Shown: positions 27,294-37,598 of the stretch, piece after piece
How positions within the stretch are numbered: the stretch's first letter is position 1
Layout of the letters: the number at the start of each line of letters is the position of its first letter
Source: a virus
IMG/VR virus record: IMGVR_UViG_3300034954_001721
Reading direction: 5' to 3' (one strand)
DNA length: 64,000 nucleotides
The notes under the pieces: model-generated
What the model was told of the DNA's origin: nothing
What the model saw: the letters and a program-made list of their open reading frames with translations, nothing else
The model's database searches: none
Translations under genes and position numbers: made by a program

Positions 27294-28062
27294 TATCGTT
27301 ATTTCAATCAACGTTCATGAAAAACCAGAATATTTGCTGAATCAGATTGAAAATATAAACAAGCATGTAAAACTCAACAAAAAAATCATTTTGAATTGTA
27401 ATGATTATATGTTGAAGGAAATGAGCTCTAGAAATATTACTGATGTTGAAGTTTTTCCTGAAGCAATATCGAAGAGACCCTTTCATGGTTCTCTGATGCA
27501 TGGTATTACTTGTAATATGTCACATGCAGTTAATAAGTATGACTTTGATTATTTTCTTGTTCTCTCATCTAGGGAGTTTTTCTATAGGGATCTTACAGAA
27601 ATTTCACAGATAGAAGAGTGTCTTGTCATAAAGCAGAGTGGAGACATTGATTTTAGATTTCCAAATCTATATGAGTCTGGCAACTACTGTAAAGTATCTG
27701 GAGACCATGCTGATTGGTTAGGAGCAAATGAAGATTCTGATTTAGTCAGTATGTGGTGGTGGCCAAAGTTTAGTAGAACAGAATTATATCAATACATCAA
27801 AACGTATAATATGAAGTTCGCTCATTCCATGCACGAGGGTGTGTGCTTTAGAAAGGATGGTTGTGACTATATAATGAACTTCTTTGAAACAAATGAAGAT
27901 ATGATGTATGAACTATTTGATTTTGATGGTTGTGTAGAGGAGTTTGCACTACAATCGATCGCAGCAAATCATGAAGGTTTTTACTATCTTGGGAATGGAT
28001 GTGATACCAAATCATTAGAAGAAGTTAATCCAGATAAGTTTACTCATAAGAAAACCAGATGA
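27283..28062 (+). CDS. Hypothetical, possibly glycosyltransferase
   Basis: ISINVHE start; EEF near C-terminus; island context. Confidence 0.45.
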   Translation: MKTDIVISINVHEKPEYLLNQIENINKHVKLNKKIILNCNDYMLKEMSSRNITDVEVFPEAISKRPFHGSLMHGITCNMSHAVNKYDFDYFLVLSSREFFYRDLTEISQIEECLVIKQSGDIDFRFPNLYESGNYCKVSGDHADWLGANEDSDLVSMWWWPKFSRTELYQYIKTYNMKFAHSMHEGVCFRKDGCDYIMNFFETNEDMMYELFDFDGCVEEFALQSIAANHEGFYYLGNGCDTKSLEEVNPDKFTHKKTR

Positions 28063-28898
28063 AAAAGTGTTTATTTGTAATCACGGGAGACACCTTTCGT
28101 ATCGGCGGACAACGTTCTACAGGAAAGGGTGGTGATGAATCTTTCAGGAGACAGAACTTAGCAACAGATTCTCACTTAAGATTTTTTGAGAGTATTGAAA
28201 AAAAATTTGATATTCAATGCGATGTCTTTCTGAATATCTACAAGTGTAATGATGAGTATGATAAGCAACTGTTTGAATGGTATGGTGATAGAGTAGTTCA
28301 AAGTAAGATTCATCCAGGTAGATTGGGTAGTGAATTTGAAATGATCTATGATACAATCGGTAGACTTATAAATTCAAAAATTGATGACTATGAGTTCGTT
28401 ATGTTCATCAGACCTGATTGGTATCTGAAGAAGTATTTTGATGAAGTATTCAGACCAGACCCTGAAAGAGTTCTCTACGCTCATCTAGACGCTGGATATA
28501 AATTAGTTGAGAATCCTACTGGATTTATTGATGGAGGTGGTAGAAGGAGAGATATACCACACGTATGTCATTGTATTACCTATTGTCCTAAAAAGCATTA
28601 TAGATGGTTGTTGGAAAACAGAGTTTGGCATTGGCACGATTCCCTTCTTAGATTGGAACAACATCTTCCAAGAACTCAGTTTGGATTCTTCATAGATACC
28701 GTTCATTGGTGTTGCAGTAGTCTTGATTGGAATCCTCTTTACTCTCTAGTTGGTAGAGACGAACATCTTGAATACAAGTTTCCTAACATCTCATATGATA
28801 TTGAAACGCACACGGTACACCATGTAGACACACTTGAAAGATACAAGGATGTGTTGTATACTGATACGATAGAGGAGAACTTGAAATCCTATGGATAA
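28059..28898 (+). CDS. Hypothetical, possibly GT-A glycosyltransferase
   Basis: YEFVMFIRPD resembles 17699 gene. Confidence 0.45.
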   Translation: MKKCLFVITGDTFRIGGQRSTGKGGDESFRRQNLATDSHLRFFESIEKKFDIQCDVFLNIYKCNDEYDKQLFEWYGDRVVQSKIHPGRLGSEFEMIYDTIGRLINSKIDDYEFVMFIRPDWYLKKYFDEVFRPDPERVLYAHLDAGYKLVENPTGFIDGGGRRRDIPHVCHCITYCPKKHYRWLLENRVWHWHDSLLRLEQHLPRTQFGFFIDTVHWCCSSLDWNPLYSLVGRDEHLEYKFPNISYDIETHTVHHVDTLERYKDVLYTDTIEENLKSYG

Positions 28899-29634
28899 AA
28901 TCACGCTGGCGATACCTTTTTATAATACGTCCAGATATTTCAAAGAAGCAACTGAACTCGCACTCAAGTCTGATTTTGTGCGAGAGATTGTTGTGAGTGA
29001 TGATTGTTCTACAGACGAAGAATCAAATAATCTGAAGAACATTGTTTCTGAACTTGGTAGTGATAAAATTAAAGTTTATCGTAATGAAAAGAATCTTGGT
29101 GGATTCAGAAATAAGTACACTGCAGTAGGACATGCTACTTCTGAGTGGGTTTATCTCCTTGATAGTGATAATAATCCAGCAGAAGATACTTTGAGTATTA
29201 TTGAATCTATTGAGGACCCAAATCCAGACCTTTGCTATGTTCCACAAACACTCAAGCTTCACAAGGTTGGTGAAGAAAGTTGGGAGATTAGTTATAATTT
29301 TAGGTATGATGAAATTGGTATTGATGAAGCACAGGATGCTCTTCTCAAGAAGACAAAACACTTTGATTGGTTGTTGAATACTGGTAACTTTGTTTTCAAC
29401 CGAGAGAACTATCTTGAAAGACTATCTGGTGGATATGCTAATCTGGATGAACCAGTTTACGCTTGTAGTATTGCATTCTCATATCATTGGTTGGATAATG
29501 GTGGACGATATAAGGTTGTTCCTGGAATGAGTTACTATCATCGCTTGAGAAATGATAGTTATTGGAACAGTTGTGGAAGCAACTCTGATTTGTCCGCTAG
29601 ATATTATCATGAGAGGATTATTAACTTACAATGA
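28891..29634 (+). CDS. GT2 glycosyltransferase
   Basis: IPFYN, SDDCSTD, LLDSDN. Confidence 0.85.
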   Translation: MDKITLAIPFYNTSRYFKEATELALKSDFVREIVVSDDCSTDEESNNLKNIVSELGSDKIKVYRNEKNLGGFRNKYTAVGHATSEWVYLLDSDNNPAEDTLSIIESIEDPNPDLCYVPQTLKLHKVGEESWEISYNFRYDEIGIDEAQDALLKKTKHFDWLLNTGNFVFNRENYLERLSGGYANLDEPVYACSIAFSYHWLDNGGRYKVVPGMSYYHRLRNDSYWNSCGSNSDLSARYYHERIINLQ

Positions 29635-30353
29635 TTACAGTCTCTATACCTTTTTACAATACAGTTGACTATCTTGAATCACTTCTTGAAGAGATAGTTG
29701 ACTCTTTTTTCATTGATGAAATTGTAATCAGTAACGATGCCTCTGATTATAGTGTTGAGATCGATCATCCTAAGATTAAAATATACCATAATGCAGTTAA
29801 TCAAGGTGCTTTTCGGAACAAATATTTAAGCGTTGCCCGTGCATCAAACGATTGGGTTTACCTTTTAGACAGCGATAATAAGCTTCCCGAAAGTTCTATA
29901 GATATACTAGAGAATATTCAAGATCTAGATCCTGACACATATTATTCTCCTATTCAACTGAACTTGGTAAATGATGGTCTAGACGAATCGCTTGATGGAA
30001 AAACAGTTGTATATGATTTTCCAGAAAGAACGATAGATTTAGAACTAGCAAAAGAATACCTGGCAAATGATACGGGTCAAATTCAATGGTTTTTGAACAC
30101 GGGTAATTTTCTTGTCAACAAGAAAACTTATCTTGAAACCATGAAGTTTATCTTTGATAATCCCAATCATAAACACCTTGAGGCGGATGCTATGGCATTC
30201 ACCACGCATTGGTTGAGAAAAAATAAAAAGATTCAAATCGTTCCAGATCTTTGTTACGAACACAGAGTTAGACCACAAAGTTACTCCCATGCCTTTGGTT
30301 CAAGAGGTTCTGAGTCCCTGCATTATCATAGAAAACTATTATTACAATCATGA
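29631..30353 (+). CDS. GT2 glycosyltransferase (paralog of upstream gene)
   Basis: IPFYN, FRNKY, WVYLLDSDN and LNTGNF are shared with 28891. Confidence 0.85.
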   Translation: MITVSIPFYNTVDYLESLLEEIVDSFFIDEIVISNDASDYSVEIDHPKIKIYHNAVNQGAFRNKYLSVARASNDWVYLLDSDNKLPESSIDILENIQDLDPDTYYSPIQLNLVNDGLDESLDGKTVVYDFPERTIDLELAKEYLANDTGQIQWFLNTGNFLVNKKTYLETMKFIFDNPNHKHLEADAMAFTTHWLRKNKKIQIVPDLCYEHRVRPQSYSHAFGSRGSESLHYHRKLLLQS

Positions 30354-31222
30354 TTAGAATTGCTGACGTGCCGGAGAAGTTTCTCCCTTCAATGCCTGTT
30401 CAATATCCTCCTCATCAAGGATATAATCCAATGATTGAAGAAAGGGCATACTCTTTCTTCAAGACTCAAGAAGTTGAGTCTGACTATATCTACATTCCAA
30501 TTCAATGGACTGCTTGGCACATTAATCCTAGTGGTGCATATGGTCAAAATACTCAACCACTGATTGATTATTGTAATGAACTAACCTCAAAACATCCAGA
30601 TGAGAAGTTCTTTACTGTAGTTCAGTATGATGGTGGAACTTTAGTTCCTATTGATAACTGCACAATCTTTGGTTCTTCTGGTGATTTCAGTTCTCCTGTT
30701 GGAAAGAACTCTAAGTATGAACCTATTCCACTTTTGTGTGATGCACATGGTGGTGCTCCTAATCCTGTGAGAGAATATAAGGTTGGATATGCTGGTCGTG
30801 ACACTCACCCAATCAGGGAGCGTATGAATCAGTTGATGGCACATCTTCCACAGTATAAGTTTGCTATCAACTTAAATCATAATCATACGAGTGTGTTTAG
30901 AGATATTCTTTATAACTCTGTTTTCGCACTTGCACCTAGGGGATTTGGACCTGCATCTTTTAGAATGTATGAAGCAATTCAAATGCAGTGTGTGCCCATT
31001 TACATTAGTGACGTAATGTGGCTTCCCTTTACAGATTATATTGAATGGGATAAAATGTGTCTGTTAGTTCATCCAGATGAAATGGAATCCATCCCTCAAA
31101 AAGTTGATGAACTTCTTGAGAGTGGTAAGTATCAAGACATGGTTGACTACGGTCAAGAAATTTATGAGAAACACTTAACCTGGGATGGTTGCCTGAGAAC
31201 AATTGCTAAAATGGTATGCTGA
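30350..31222 (+). CDS. Exostosin-like GT47 glycosyltransferase
   Basis: SVFALAPRGFGPASFRMYEAIQMQCVPIYISD..LPF. Confidence 0.85.
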   Translation: MIRIADVPEKFLPSMPVQYPPHQGYNPMIEERAYSFFKTQEVESDYIYIPIQWTAWHINPSGAYGQNTQPLIDYCNELTSKHPDEKFFTVVQYDGGTLVPIDNCTIFGSSGDFSSPVGKNSKYEPIPLLCDAHGGAPNPVREYKVGYAGRDTHPIRERMNQLMAHLPQYKFAINLNHNHTSVFRDILYNSVFALAPRGFGPASFRMYEAIQMQCVPIYISDVMWLPFTDYIEWDKMCLLVHPDEMESIPQKVDELLESGKYQDMVDYGQEIYEKHLTWDGCLRTIAKMVC

Positions 31223-31842
31223 TTAATTTTACTAACCTGTATAGGAAATATAAAATGGACGTGAAAGGTATCGTCCATATTGGAGCTCACTATGGTGAGG
31301 AAATTCAAGAATATGTTGATAATGGTATTCAAAAGATTACTGTTTTTGAACCACTTTCTGATAACTTTGATGTTTTATCTGAGAGACTGAAAGATGTTAA
31401 TGCTGACATCGAAGGTTATCAGGTTGCTCTCGGCAGTAAGAAAGGTACTGCAACCATGTTCCTCAGCAGCAATGAAGCACAGAGTAGTTCCATCTTGAAA
31501 CCAAAAGATCATTTAGAGCATCATCCTGACGTGTCTTTTGATGGAACTGAAGAGGTTGAAGTAGAAACGCTTGATAGTTACAATATTGGTGAGGCAAATT
31601 TCATCAATATTGATGTTCAAGGATATGAACTTGAAGTATTCAAGGGTGCAAAGAAGACACTCAAGAAAGTTGATTATATCTACTGCGAAGTCAATCGTGG
31701 TGAGATGTATGAAAACAATGCAATGGTTGAAGAATTAGATGAATATCTTGGTAAATATAACTTTCAACGGGTAGAAACTCACTGGCCAGAGACCTGGTAT
31801 AAATGGGGTGACGCACTTTACATCAAAAACAAGGGAGAATAA
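31216..31842 (+). CDS. FkbM family methyltransferase
   Basis: HIGAHYG, FEP, IDVQGYELEVFKG. Confidence 0.9.
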   Translation: MLINFTNLYRKYKMDVKGIVHIGAHYGEEIQEYVDNGIQKITVFEPLSDNFDVLSERLKDVNADIEGYQVALGSKKGTATMFLSSNEAQSSSILKPKDHLEHHPDVSFDGTEEVEVETLDSYNIGEANFINIDVQGYELEVFKGAKKTLKKVDYIYCEVNRGEMYENNAMVEELDEYLGKYNFQRVETHWPETWYKWGDALYIKNKGE

Positions 31843-31845
31843 TCA

Positions 31846-32439
31846 ATGCCTAAAACTAAAAAACAATCAGTTCCAGACCCCACTAGAGGGAAAAGTCTCA
31901 TGTATTGGGAACCAACTTATGTTTGGACTACCAAATTTCTGAATGAACATCCAGAACTTAAAATTGGTGCTGAAATTGGTTGTGCCGCAGGTCAACACAT
32001 CAAAGCGATTATGGAAGAGACCAAGGTTGAAAAAATGTATGGTGTTGATCCTTACATCACAGAATCTTGGGATATGCATGGATTCTTTGACATCAATGAA
32101 ACTTACGGTGGATTTGATGGTCTCTATGAGGAGGTGTGTGATATGTTAAGTCCTTATGGTGACCGTGTGGAAATGGTACGTAAGAAGTCTATAGATGCAG
32201 CTCCCGACTTTGAAGATGGGTGTCTTGACTTTGTATTCATTGATGCTTTCCATGATTATGAGAATTGTAACAATGATATTGCTTTCTGGCATCATCGTGT
32301 TCGTGAGGGTGGATATGTAATGGGTCACGATTGGGATCACGGTTCTCACCCTGGAGTTCAACAGGCAGTTGTTGAGCACTATGGTGATAAAGTCACAGGA
32401 ATTTCTAGTCCTGTTCATGTTTGGTATATTCAGGTATGA
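31846..32439 (+). CDS. Class I SAM methyltransferase (Methyltransf_24-like)
   Basis: GAEIGCAAG, DFVFIDAFHDY, GGYVMGHD. Confidence 0.85.
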   Translation: MPKTKKQSVPDPTRGKSLMYWEPTYVWTTKFLNEHPELKIGAEIGCAAGQHIKAIMEETKVEKMYGVDPYITESWDMHGFFDINETYGGFDGLYEEVCDMLSPYGDRVEMVRKKSIDAAPDFEDGCLDFVFIDAFHDYENCNNDIAFWHHRVREGGYVMGHDWDHGSHPGVQQAVVEHYGDKVTGISSPVHVWYIQV

Positions 32440-33134
32440 AAATTTGCATCTTGACTATCGCCACAAACAAATATATTCAGTTTGTTGAGCGACTTCTTAA
32501 TAATATTGAAGAAAACTTTTTGAACGGTCACGAGATTCAGTGCCTTCTCTTTACAGACCATGAGATTGAAGAGTCTTCTGACAATGTAAAGATTAGTCAG
32601 ATTGACCATGAACCTTGGCCAATGCCTACTCTGAAAAGGTATAATTACTTTATGAAGGAGAAGGAGTTCATCTCTCAGTTTGATTACTGCTATTACTTTG
32701 ATGTAGATATGGGTATTGTGGATAAGGTTGGTGATGAAGTATTGAGTGACCTGGTTGCCACGAAACATCCATATCAATCTTTCCATTCCCCTGCACAACA
32801 ATCATTTTGTAGGGATGAAAGATCTCTTGCGTATGTTCCTTTTGATCAAAAAACAGTAACTTACTACGCTGGTGGATTTAATGGTGGATCTGCAGAAAAG
32901 TTTCTTGAAATGTCAGAAGTTCTTGCTGATAGAGTCACCAAAGATCTTAAAAAGGGTGTCATCGCAACTTGGCATGACGAAAGTCATATGAATCGATACC
33001 TGATTGATAATCCACCTACATTAAGTTTGACACCATCCTATTGTTTTGCTGAAGAGTTTATGGGTAATCCTGACTATCCATATGAACCCAAAATCGTTGC
33101 GTTGAAAAAGAATCACGATGAACTTAGATCTTAG
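32436..33134 (+). CDS. GT6 family glycosyltransferase
   Basis: IATNKY, FDVDM (DXD), YYAGGFNGG, WHDESHMNRY. Confidence 0.9.
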   Translation: MKICILTIATNKYIQFVERLLNNIEENFLNGHEIQCLLFTDHEIEESSDNVKISQIDHEPWPMPTLKRYNYFMKEKEFISQFDYCYYFDVDMGIVDKVGDEVLSDLVATKHPYQSFHSPAQQSFCRDERSLAYVPFDQKTVTYYAGGFNGGSAEKFLEMSEVLADRVTKDLKKGVIATWHDESHMNRYLIDNPPTLSLTPSYCFAEEFMGNPDYPYEPKIVALKKNHDELRS

Positions 33135-33768
33135 AGAAGTACCTTTTTACTATATCAATCTAGACAGACAACCTGAAAGAAAGGAGAGGATGGAAGAACT
33201 TCTGTCCTCTCTTGACATTGAGAATTACTCAAGAATAAAAGCAACTACCCATAGTAATGGTTTTGCTGGTTGTGCTAGAACTGTTGCTGACTTTTTGAAA
33301 GAAAACAAAGGACCATTTGTTCTTTTGGAAGATGATATTGCATTGAAAAACTGGGAACCCATCATTGATATTCCTGATGATGCAGATGCTTTTTATCTTG
33401 GCATCTCTGGTTGGGGTAGAATGAACGGACACTCTGGTCCTTGCGTTCAGCATGAAGACATGGGTGACAATGTAGTAAGGATTAGAAATATGTTGAGCGG
33501 GCACGCTGTTCTATATCTGACACAAGAGTGGATTGATATGGCACAGAAAGCGTGTAGTTTTGCTGGATATGAGATTGAGAGTTACTATGATGTTCAGGTC
33601 GCTGAAGTGATGCGATTCTTTAATGTCTATGCATTTGATGACCCATACTTCTATCAGACAAGTTCTGACGGAAATCAAACTGTGACCTATAATAAGTTGT
33701 CCGAACAACAGTCTATTGAAATCTTCCAACCAATCAAGCAGTTGTTCTTACCTGAGCGTGTTAATTAA
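33118..33768 (+). CDS. GT25-like glycosyltransferase
   Basis: YINLDRQPERK, LLEDD. Confidence 0.75.
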   Translation: MNLDLREVPFYYINLDRQPERKERMEELLSSLDIENYSRIKATTHSNGFAGCARTVADFLKENKGPFVLLEDDIALKNWEPIIDIPDDADAFYLGISGWGRMNGHSGPCVQHEDMGDNVVRIRNMLSGHAVLYLTQEWIDMAQKACSFAGYEIESYYDVQVAEVMRFFNVYAFDDPYFYQTSSDGNQTVTYNKLSEQQSIEIFQPIKQLFLPERVN

Positions 33769-34715
33769 TGATTATATCTTCCTGCCCTCTTCGTGTTTCT
33801 CTCTTTGGAGGTTCTACTGATAATCCATTCTTCGTCAAGAAATATGGATATGGTTCTGTAATTAGTTTTACATCTAATCTTAAAACCTATGTGACGATTA
33901 GTCAGGATAAGTTTGGATTTAATAAAGACCAACACAAATACATTATCAACTATTCACGTAGAGAAGAGGTGAGTAGTGTTTCTGAAATCAAGAACGATGT
34001 AGTTAGAGTTGTTCTTGAATATTTCAAGATGCCACCAGTGCAGGTAACCCTGACAAGTGATGCTTACTCGCAAGGTAGCGGGTTGGCATCTTCGTCGTCT
34101 TATATCATTAGTCTTATCAAAGCATGTTGCATCTTTAAGAAAGTAGATATGACTTCTGAGTCTATCTGTAAGTTGTCACACGAACTTGAATTGACATTCA
34201 ATCCTTACTGTGGATATCAAGATCCATATGGATGTGGTATTGGTGGTTTCAAGAGAATTGAATTCTTGGAGAATGATAGAATCAGATATGAATACTTGGA
34301 CACTGATATTTTCAATCAGTATGATGTTCATCTAGTCTTTAGTGGTGTCACTAGAAACTCAAAGAAAGTTCTGAAAAACGTAACTGATAATCTGGATAAA
34401 ATCAAACCATTACTTAATACAGTTGAGAAGGCACATCAAGAAATCTTAAACTGTGACTTTATAGAATTCTTTAAACTCTTCAAAGAAGGATGGATTCAGA
34501 AGAAGAATACTTCTACGTCTATCACAGAGAATAATCGTATTAGAGAGATTGATAACTACCTTGAAATAGACCAGTCTGTTATCGCACATAAATTATGTGG
34601 AGCAGGTAATGGGGGATTTTTCTTGACATTTTCTGAAAAGAATTCTTTGACTCTTCCATATGATTCTGTTAAAATAAACGTAGTGTCTGAGGGAGTATTG
34701 GGTGAATCCATTTAG
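33768..34715 (+). CDS. hddA: D-glycero-alpha-D-manno-heptose-7-phosphate kinase (GHMP)
   Basis: PLRVSLFGGSTD, GSGLASSS, GYQD, KLCGAGNGGF. Confidence 0.85.
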   Translation: MIISSCPLRVSLFGGSTDNPFFVKKYGYGSVISFTSNLKTYVTISQDKFGFNKDQHKYIINYSRREEVSSVSEIKNDVVRVVLEYFKMPPVQVTLTSDAYSQGSGLASSSSYIISLIKACCIFKKVDMTSESICKLSHELELTFNPYCGYQDPYGCGIGGFKRIEFLENDRIRYEYLDTDIFNQYDVHLVFSGVTRNSKKVLKNVTDNLDKIKPLLNTVEKAHQEILNCDFIEFFKLFKEGWIQKKNTSTSITENNRIREIDNYLEIDQSVIAHKLCGAGNGGFFLTFSEKNSLTLPYDSVKINVVSEGVLGESI

Positions 34716-35205
34716 TGAATACGTGGATGCTCTTAAATGCGCTCACATGGAATGTGAGTTTCAAAAATTTAAGGAAGCATTTGATAATCATAAAAGAATC
34801 ATCGTCTTGGGAAATGGTGGTAGTAACTCCGTTGCATCACACATCTCTCAGGATTATATGAAGTTTGGTAAGAAGAGGGTATCTATCTTTTCCGATCCGT
34901 CAATGCTTACGATGCTTGCTAACGACTTTGGATATGAGAACGCATATCTAAAGTTTTTGGAGTATCATGTAGAAGATGATACTCTCGTTATTCTAATGAG
35001 TTCTGGTGGTGAGTCTGAGAATATCATTAAGTGTCAGAAGTATTGTGAGGATAATAAAATTGACTATGGCGTTCTTACAGGATTCCTATCAAACAACAGA
35101 TTGAAAACTAGATCTAAGAGTGCTGTATTTAACTATCATATAGACAGTGAGTCTTATGGTGTGGTAGAATGTGTCCATCAGATTTTCCTCCATGGAGTTG
35201 TATGA
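34702..35205 (+). CDS. gmhA: Phosphoheptose isomerase (SIS)
   Basis: GNGGS...SH, ANDFGY, SSGGESENI, VECVHQ. Confidence 0.85.
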   Translation: MNPFSEYVDALKCAHMECEFQKFKEAFDNHKRIIVLGNGGSNSVASHISQDYMKFGKKRVSIFSDPSMLTMLANDFGYENAYLKFLEYHVEDDTLVILMSSGGESENIIKCQKYCEDNKIDYGVLTGFLSNNRLKTRSKSAVFNYHIDSESYGVVECVHQIFLHGVV

Positions 35206-35936
35206 GGTATTGTTTTGATATTGATGGCACTCTGTGCCATACACCAAACAAGGTAAATGGAAAACCTGATTATTATAATGCTATTCCTCTACCTTGGATG
35301 GTGAGAGCGGTTAATAATTTATATGACCAAGGTCATTATATTATTATGATGACTGCTCGTGGTAGAGGTTCTGGTATAGACCACACGGATTTGACACGTA
35401 ATCAGTTGGCAATGTGGGGATACAAGTATCACGAACTTGAGCCTATGTTTCACAAACCAAATGCTGATATCTTTATTGATGATAAAGGGGTTGAAGCAAG
35501 TAAGTGGGCAGCATCTCAACCAAAATTAAAAGGAATAGTTGCTGGGGCATTTGATATTATTCATCCTGGATATATTAGGATGTTTAAAGAAGCGAAATGG
35601 CATTGTAATCATTTAACAATTGCTCTTCATGATGATCCTTCAGAAGAAAGACCTCATAAACTTGCTCCAGTTCAAACTATAGATGAACGAAAAGAGATTC
35701 TGAAATCAATCATATATATTGATGATATCGTAGTATATCAAAAAGAAGAAACATTTCTGGAATACCTCAAGGACTATGATGTTAGGTTCTTAGGTGACGA
35801 TTACATGGATGGATCTTACTCTGGGAAAGAGATTCCCATTGACATCGTTTGGTTGAATAGAGGACATAATTATTCAACCACAAAACTAAAACAACAAATT
35901 CACGATTCTATTTTGGAGAAATCTAGTCATGACTAA
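35202..35936 (+). CDS. HAD phosphatase fused to a cytidylyltransferase-like (HIGH) domain
   Basis: FDIDGTL/TARG/DDK then GAFDIIHPGY...YSTT. Confidence 0.8.
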   Translation: MRYCFDIDGTLCHTPNKVNGKPDYYNAIPLPWMVRAVNNLYDQGHYIIMMTARGRGSGIDHTDLTRNQLAMWGYKYHELEPMFHKPNADIFIDDKGVEASKWAASQPKLKGIVAGAFDIIHPGYIRMFKEAKWHCNHLTIALHDDPSEERPHKLAPVQTIDERKEILKSIIYIDDIVVYQKEETFLEYLKDYDVRFLGDDYMDGSYSGKEIPIDIVWLNRGHNYSTTKLKQQIHDSILEKSSHD

Positions 35937-36828
35937 AAGTCTGGTAACAGGTGGTGCTGGTTTTATTGGGTCTAATCTTGTAGACTATCTTGTTGAACTG
36001 GGGCACGAAGTTGTCGTTATTGATAATGAGAGTGCTGAGTCTAATGAACAATTTTACTGGAACGAAAAGGCACAGAAGTGTGTCTATGATATTCGTGACT
36101 ATGAGAACACCCGTCCTCTGTATGAAGGTGTGGATTATGTTTTCCACCTTGCTGCAGAGTCTAGGATTCAACCAGCAATTCAGAATCCTATCAATGCAAT
36201 TAGTCTGAACTCTGTTGGAACCTGTACAGTTCTTCAGTGTGCTCGTGAGGCAGGTGTGAAGCGTGTTATCTATTCTTCCACGTCATCTGCATATGGTATG
36301 AATGAAGCACCTAATGTTGAGACTCAACCTGATGACTGTCTGAATCCTTACTCAGTTTCTAAGTCAAATGGTGAGAAACTGTGCAAGATGTATAATGATC
36401 TGTTTGGTCTGAAGACAGTATCGTTCCGTTATTTTAATGTTTATGGTGAGCGTCAACCTATCAGAGGGCAGTATGCACCTGTTGTGGGTATCTTCTTGCG
36501 TCAACGTGCTGCAGGTGAAGCATTGACGATTGTGGGTGATGGGGAGCAGCGTAGGGACTTTACGCACGTCAGTGATGTTGTTCAGGCAAATTTTCTTGCC
36601 GCAACTACTGAAGTTGATGAAAGTGCTTTCGGACAACTTTACAACATTGGCAATGGTAAGAACTATTCGGTGAATGAACTTGCTGCAATGATTTCTGATA
36701 ACACCACTAACATTCCACCACGTATTGGTGAAGCAAGAATTTCCCTTGCAAACAATAACAAGATGAAGACCACTTTTGGTTGGAATCCACAAGTTAAACT
36801 GAGTGATTGGGTTTCTGCACAGAAATGA
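35929..36828 (+). CDS. NAD-dependent nucleotide-sugar epimerase/dehydratase
   Basis: TGGAGFIGS, YSVSK, RYFNVYG. Confidence 0.9.
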   Translation: MTKSLVTGGAGFIGSNLVDYLVELGHEVVVIDNESAESNEQFYWNEKAQKCVYDIRDYENTRPLYEGVDYVFHLAAESRIQPAIQNPINAISLNSVGTCTVLQCAREAGVKRVIYSSTSSAYGMNEAPNVETQPDDCLNPYSVSKSNGEKLCKMYNDLFGLKTVSFRYFNVYGERQPIRGQYAPVVGIFLRQRAAGEALTIVGDGEQRRDFTHVSDVVQANFLAATTEVDESAFGQLYNIGNGKNYSVNELAAMISDNTTNIPPRIGEARISLANNNKMKTTFGWNPQVKLSDWVSAQK

Positions 36829-37598
36829 TTAATATTTTTACTTCCGTTGTTAATCGTCCAGAGTTTGTAGAGATTCAAAAGAAAACATTTGATAAGTTTC
36901 TGAAGGAAAAGTATCAGTTTCACGTTGTTGATGATTCTCTTGATGAATCTATCTCTGCTGAATTTAAAAAAGTTTGTGAGGAAAATGGAATCAACTACTA
37001 TAGAAAGCCTCAAGGTAATCGTAGTTTGAATGAGAGTCGTTGGAATGGTGCTCGTCATGCATGTGAGACCATTCAATGGACTTATGATACGCTAATTAAA
37101 ACAAAGTATTGTAATGACCTGGTTCTATTTCTAGACTCTGATATGTTCTTGCTAGACCATTTTAGTATGGTCGATCATATGGATGATCAAATTATGTCTG
37201 GACTCAAGCAAGTCAGAGGTAAAATTGAGTATATGTGGAATGGAATTATGTTCTTCAATATGCTTAAGATTATGGCGATTGATCCTGACCTTAATTTCTC
37301 TGATGGCGTTGTTGAAGGTGAGATGACTGATATTGGAGGACATCTCTATTACTACTTCAAGAAGAATAATATTTCTTTTAAAGATACTGGGGTAGATTAT
37401 CCAACTCATTTCAATGACTTGGACTTGCAAAAAGATACAGATGGGTTTAATATGGAACTCCATCTTGATGGTAATTTCTTACACTATCGTGCTGGCACAA
37501 ACTGGCATACTCAAAGTAGTTGGAAAGGAAACAAAGACCCTCTTGCACGTAAAGAGGAAGCATTCAATATGATTATTAAGGAAACTTTGAATGGATAA
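36825..37598 (+). CDS. Putative GT-A glycosyltransferase
   Basis: VVDD, FLDSDMF. Confidence 0.55.
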   Translation: MINIFTSVVNRPEFVEIQKKTFDKFLKEKYQFHVVDDSLDESISAEFKKVCEENGINYYRKPQGNRSLNESRWNGARHACETIQWTYDTLIKTKYCNDLVLFLDSDMFLLDHFSMVDHMDDQIMSGLKQVRGKIEYMWNGIMFFNMLKIMAIDPDLNFSDGVVEGEMTDIGGHLYYYFKKNNISFKDTGVDYPTHFNDLDLQKDTDGFNMELHLDGNFLHYRAGTNWHTQSSWKGNKDPLARKEEAFNMIIKETLNG

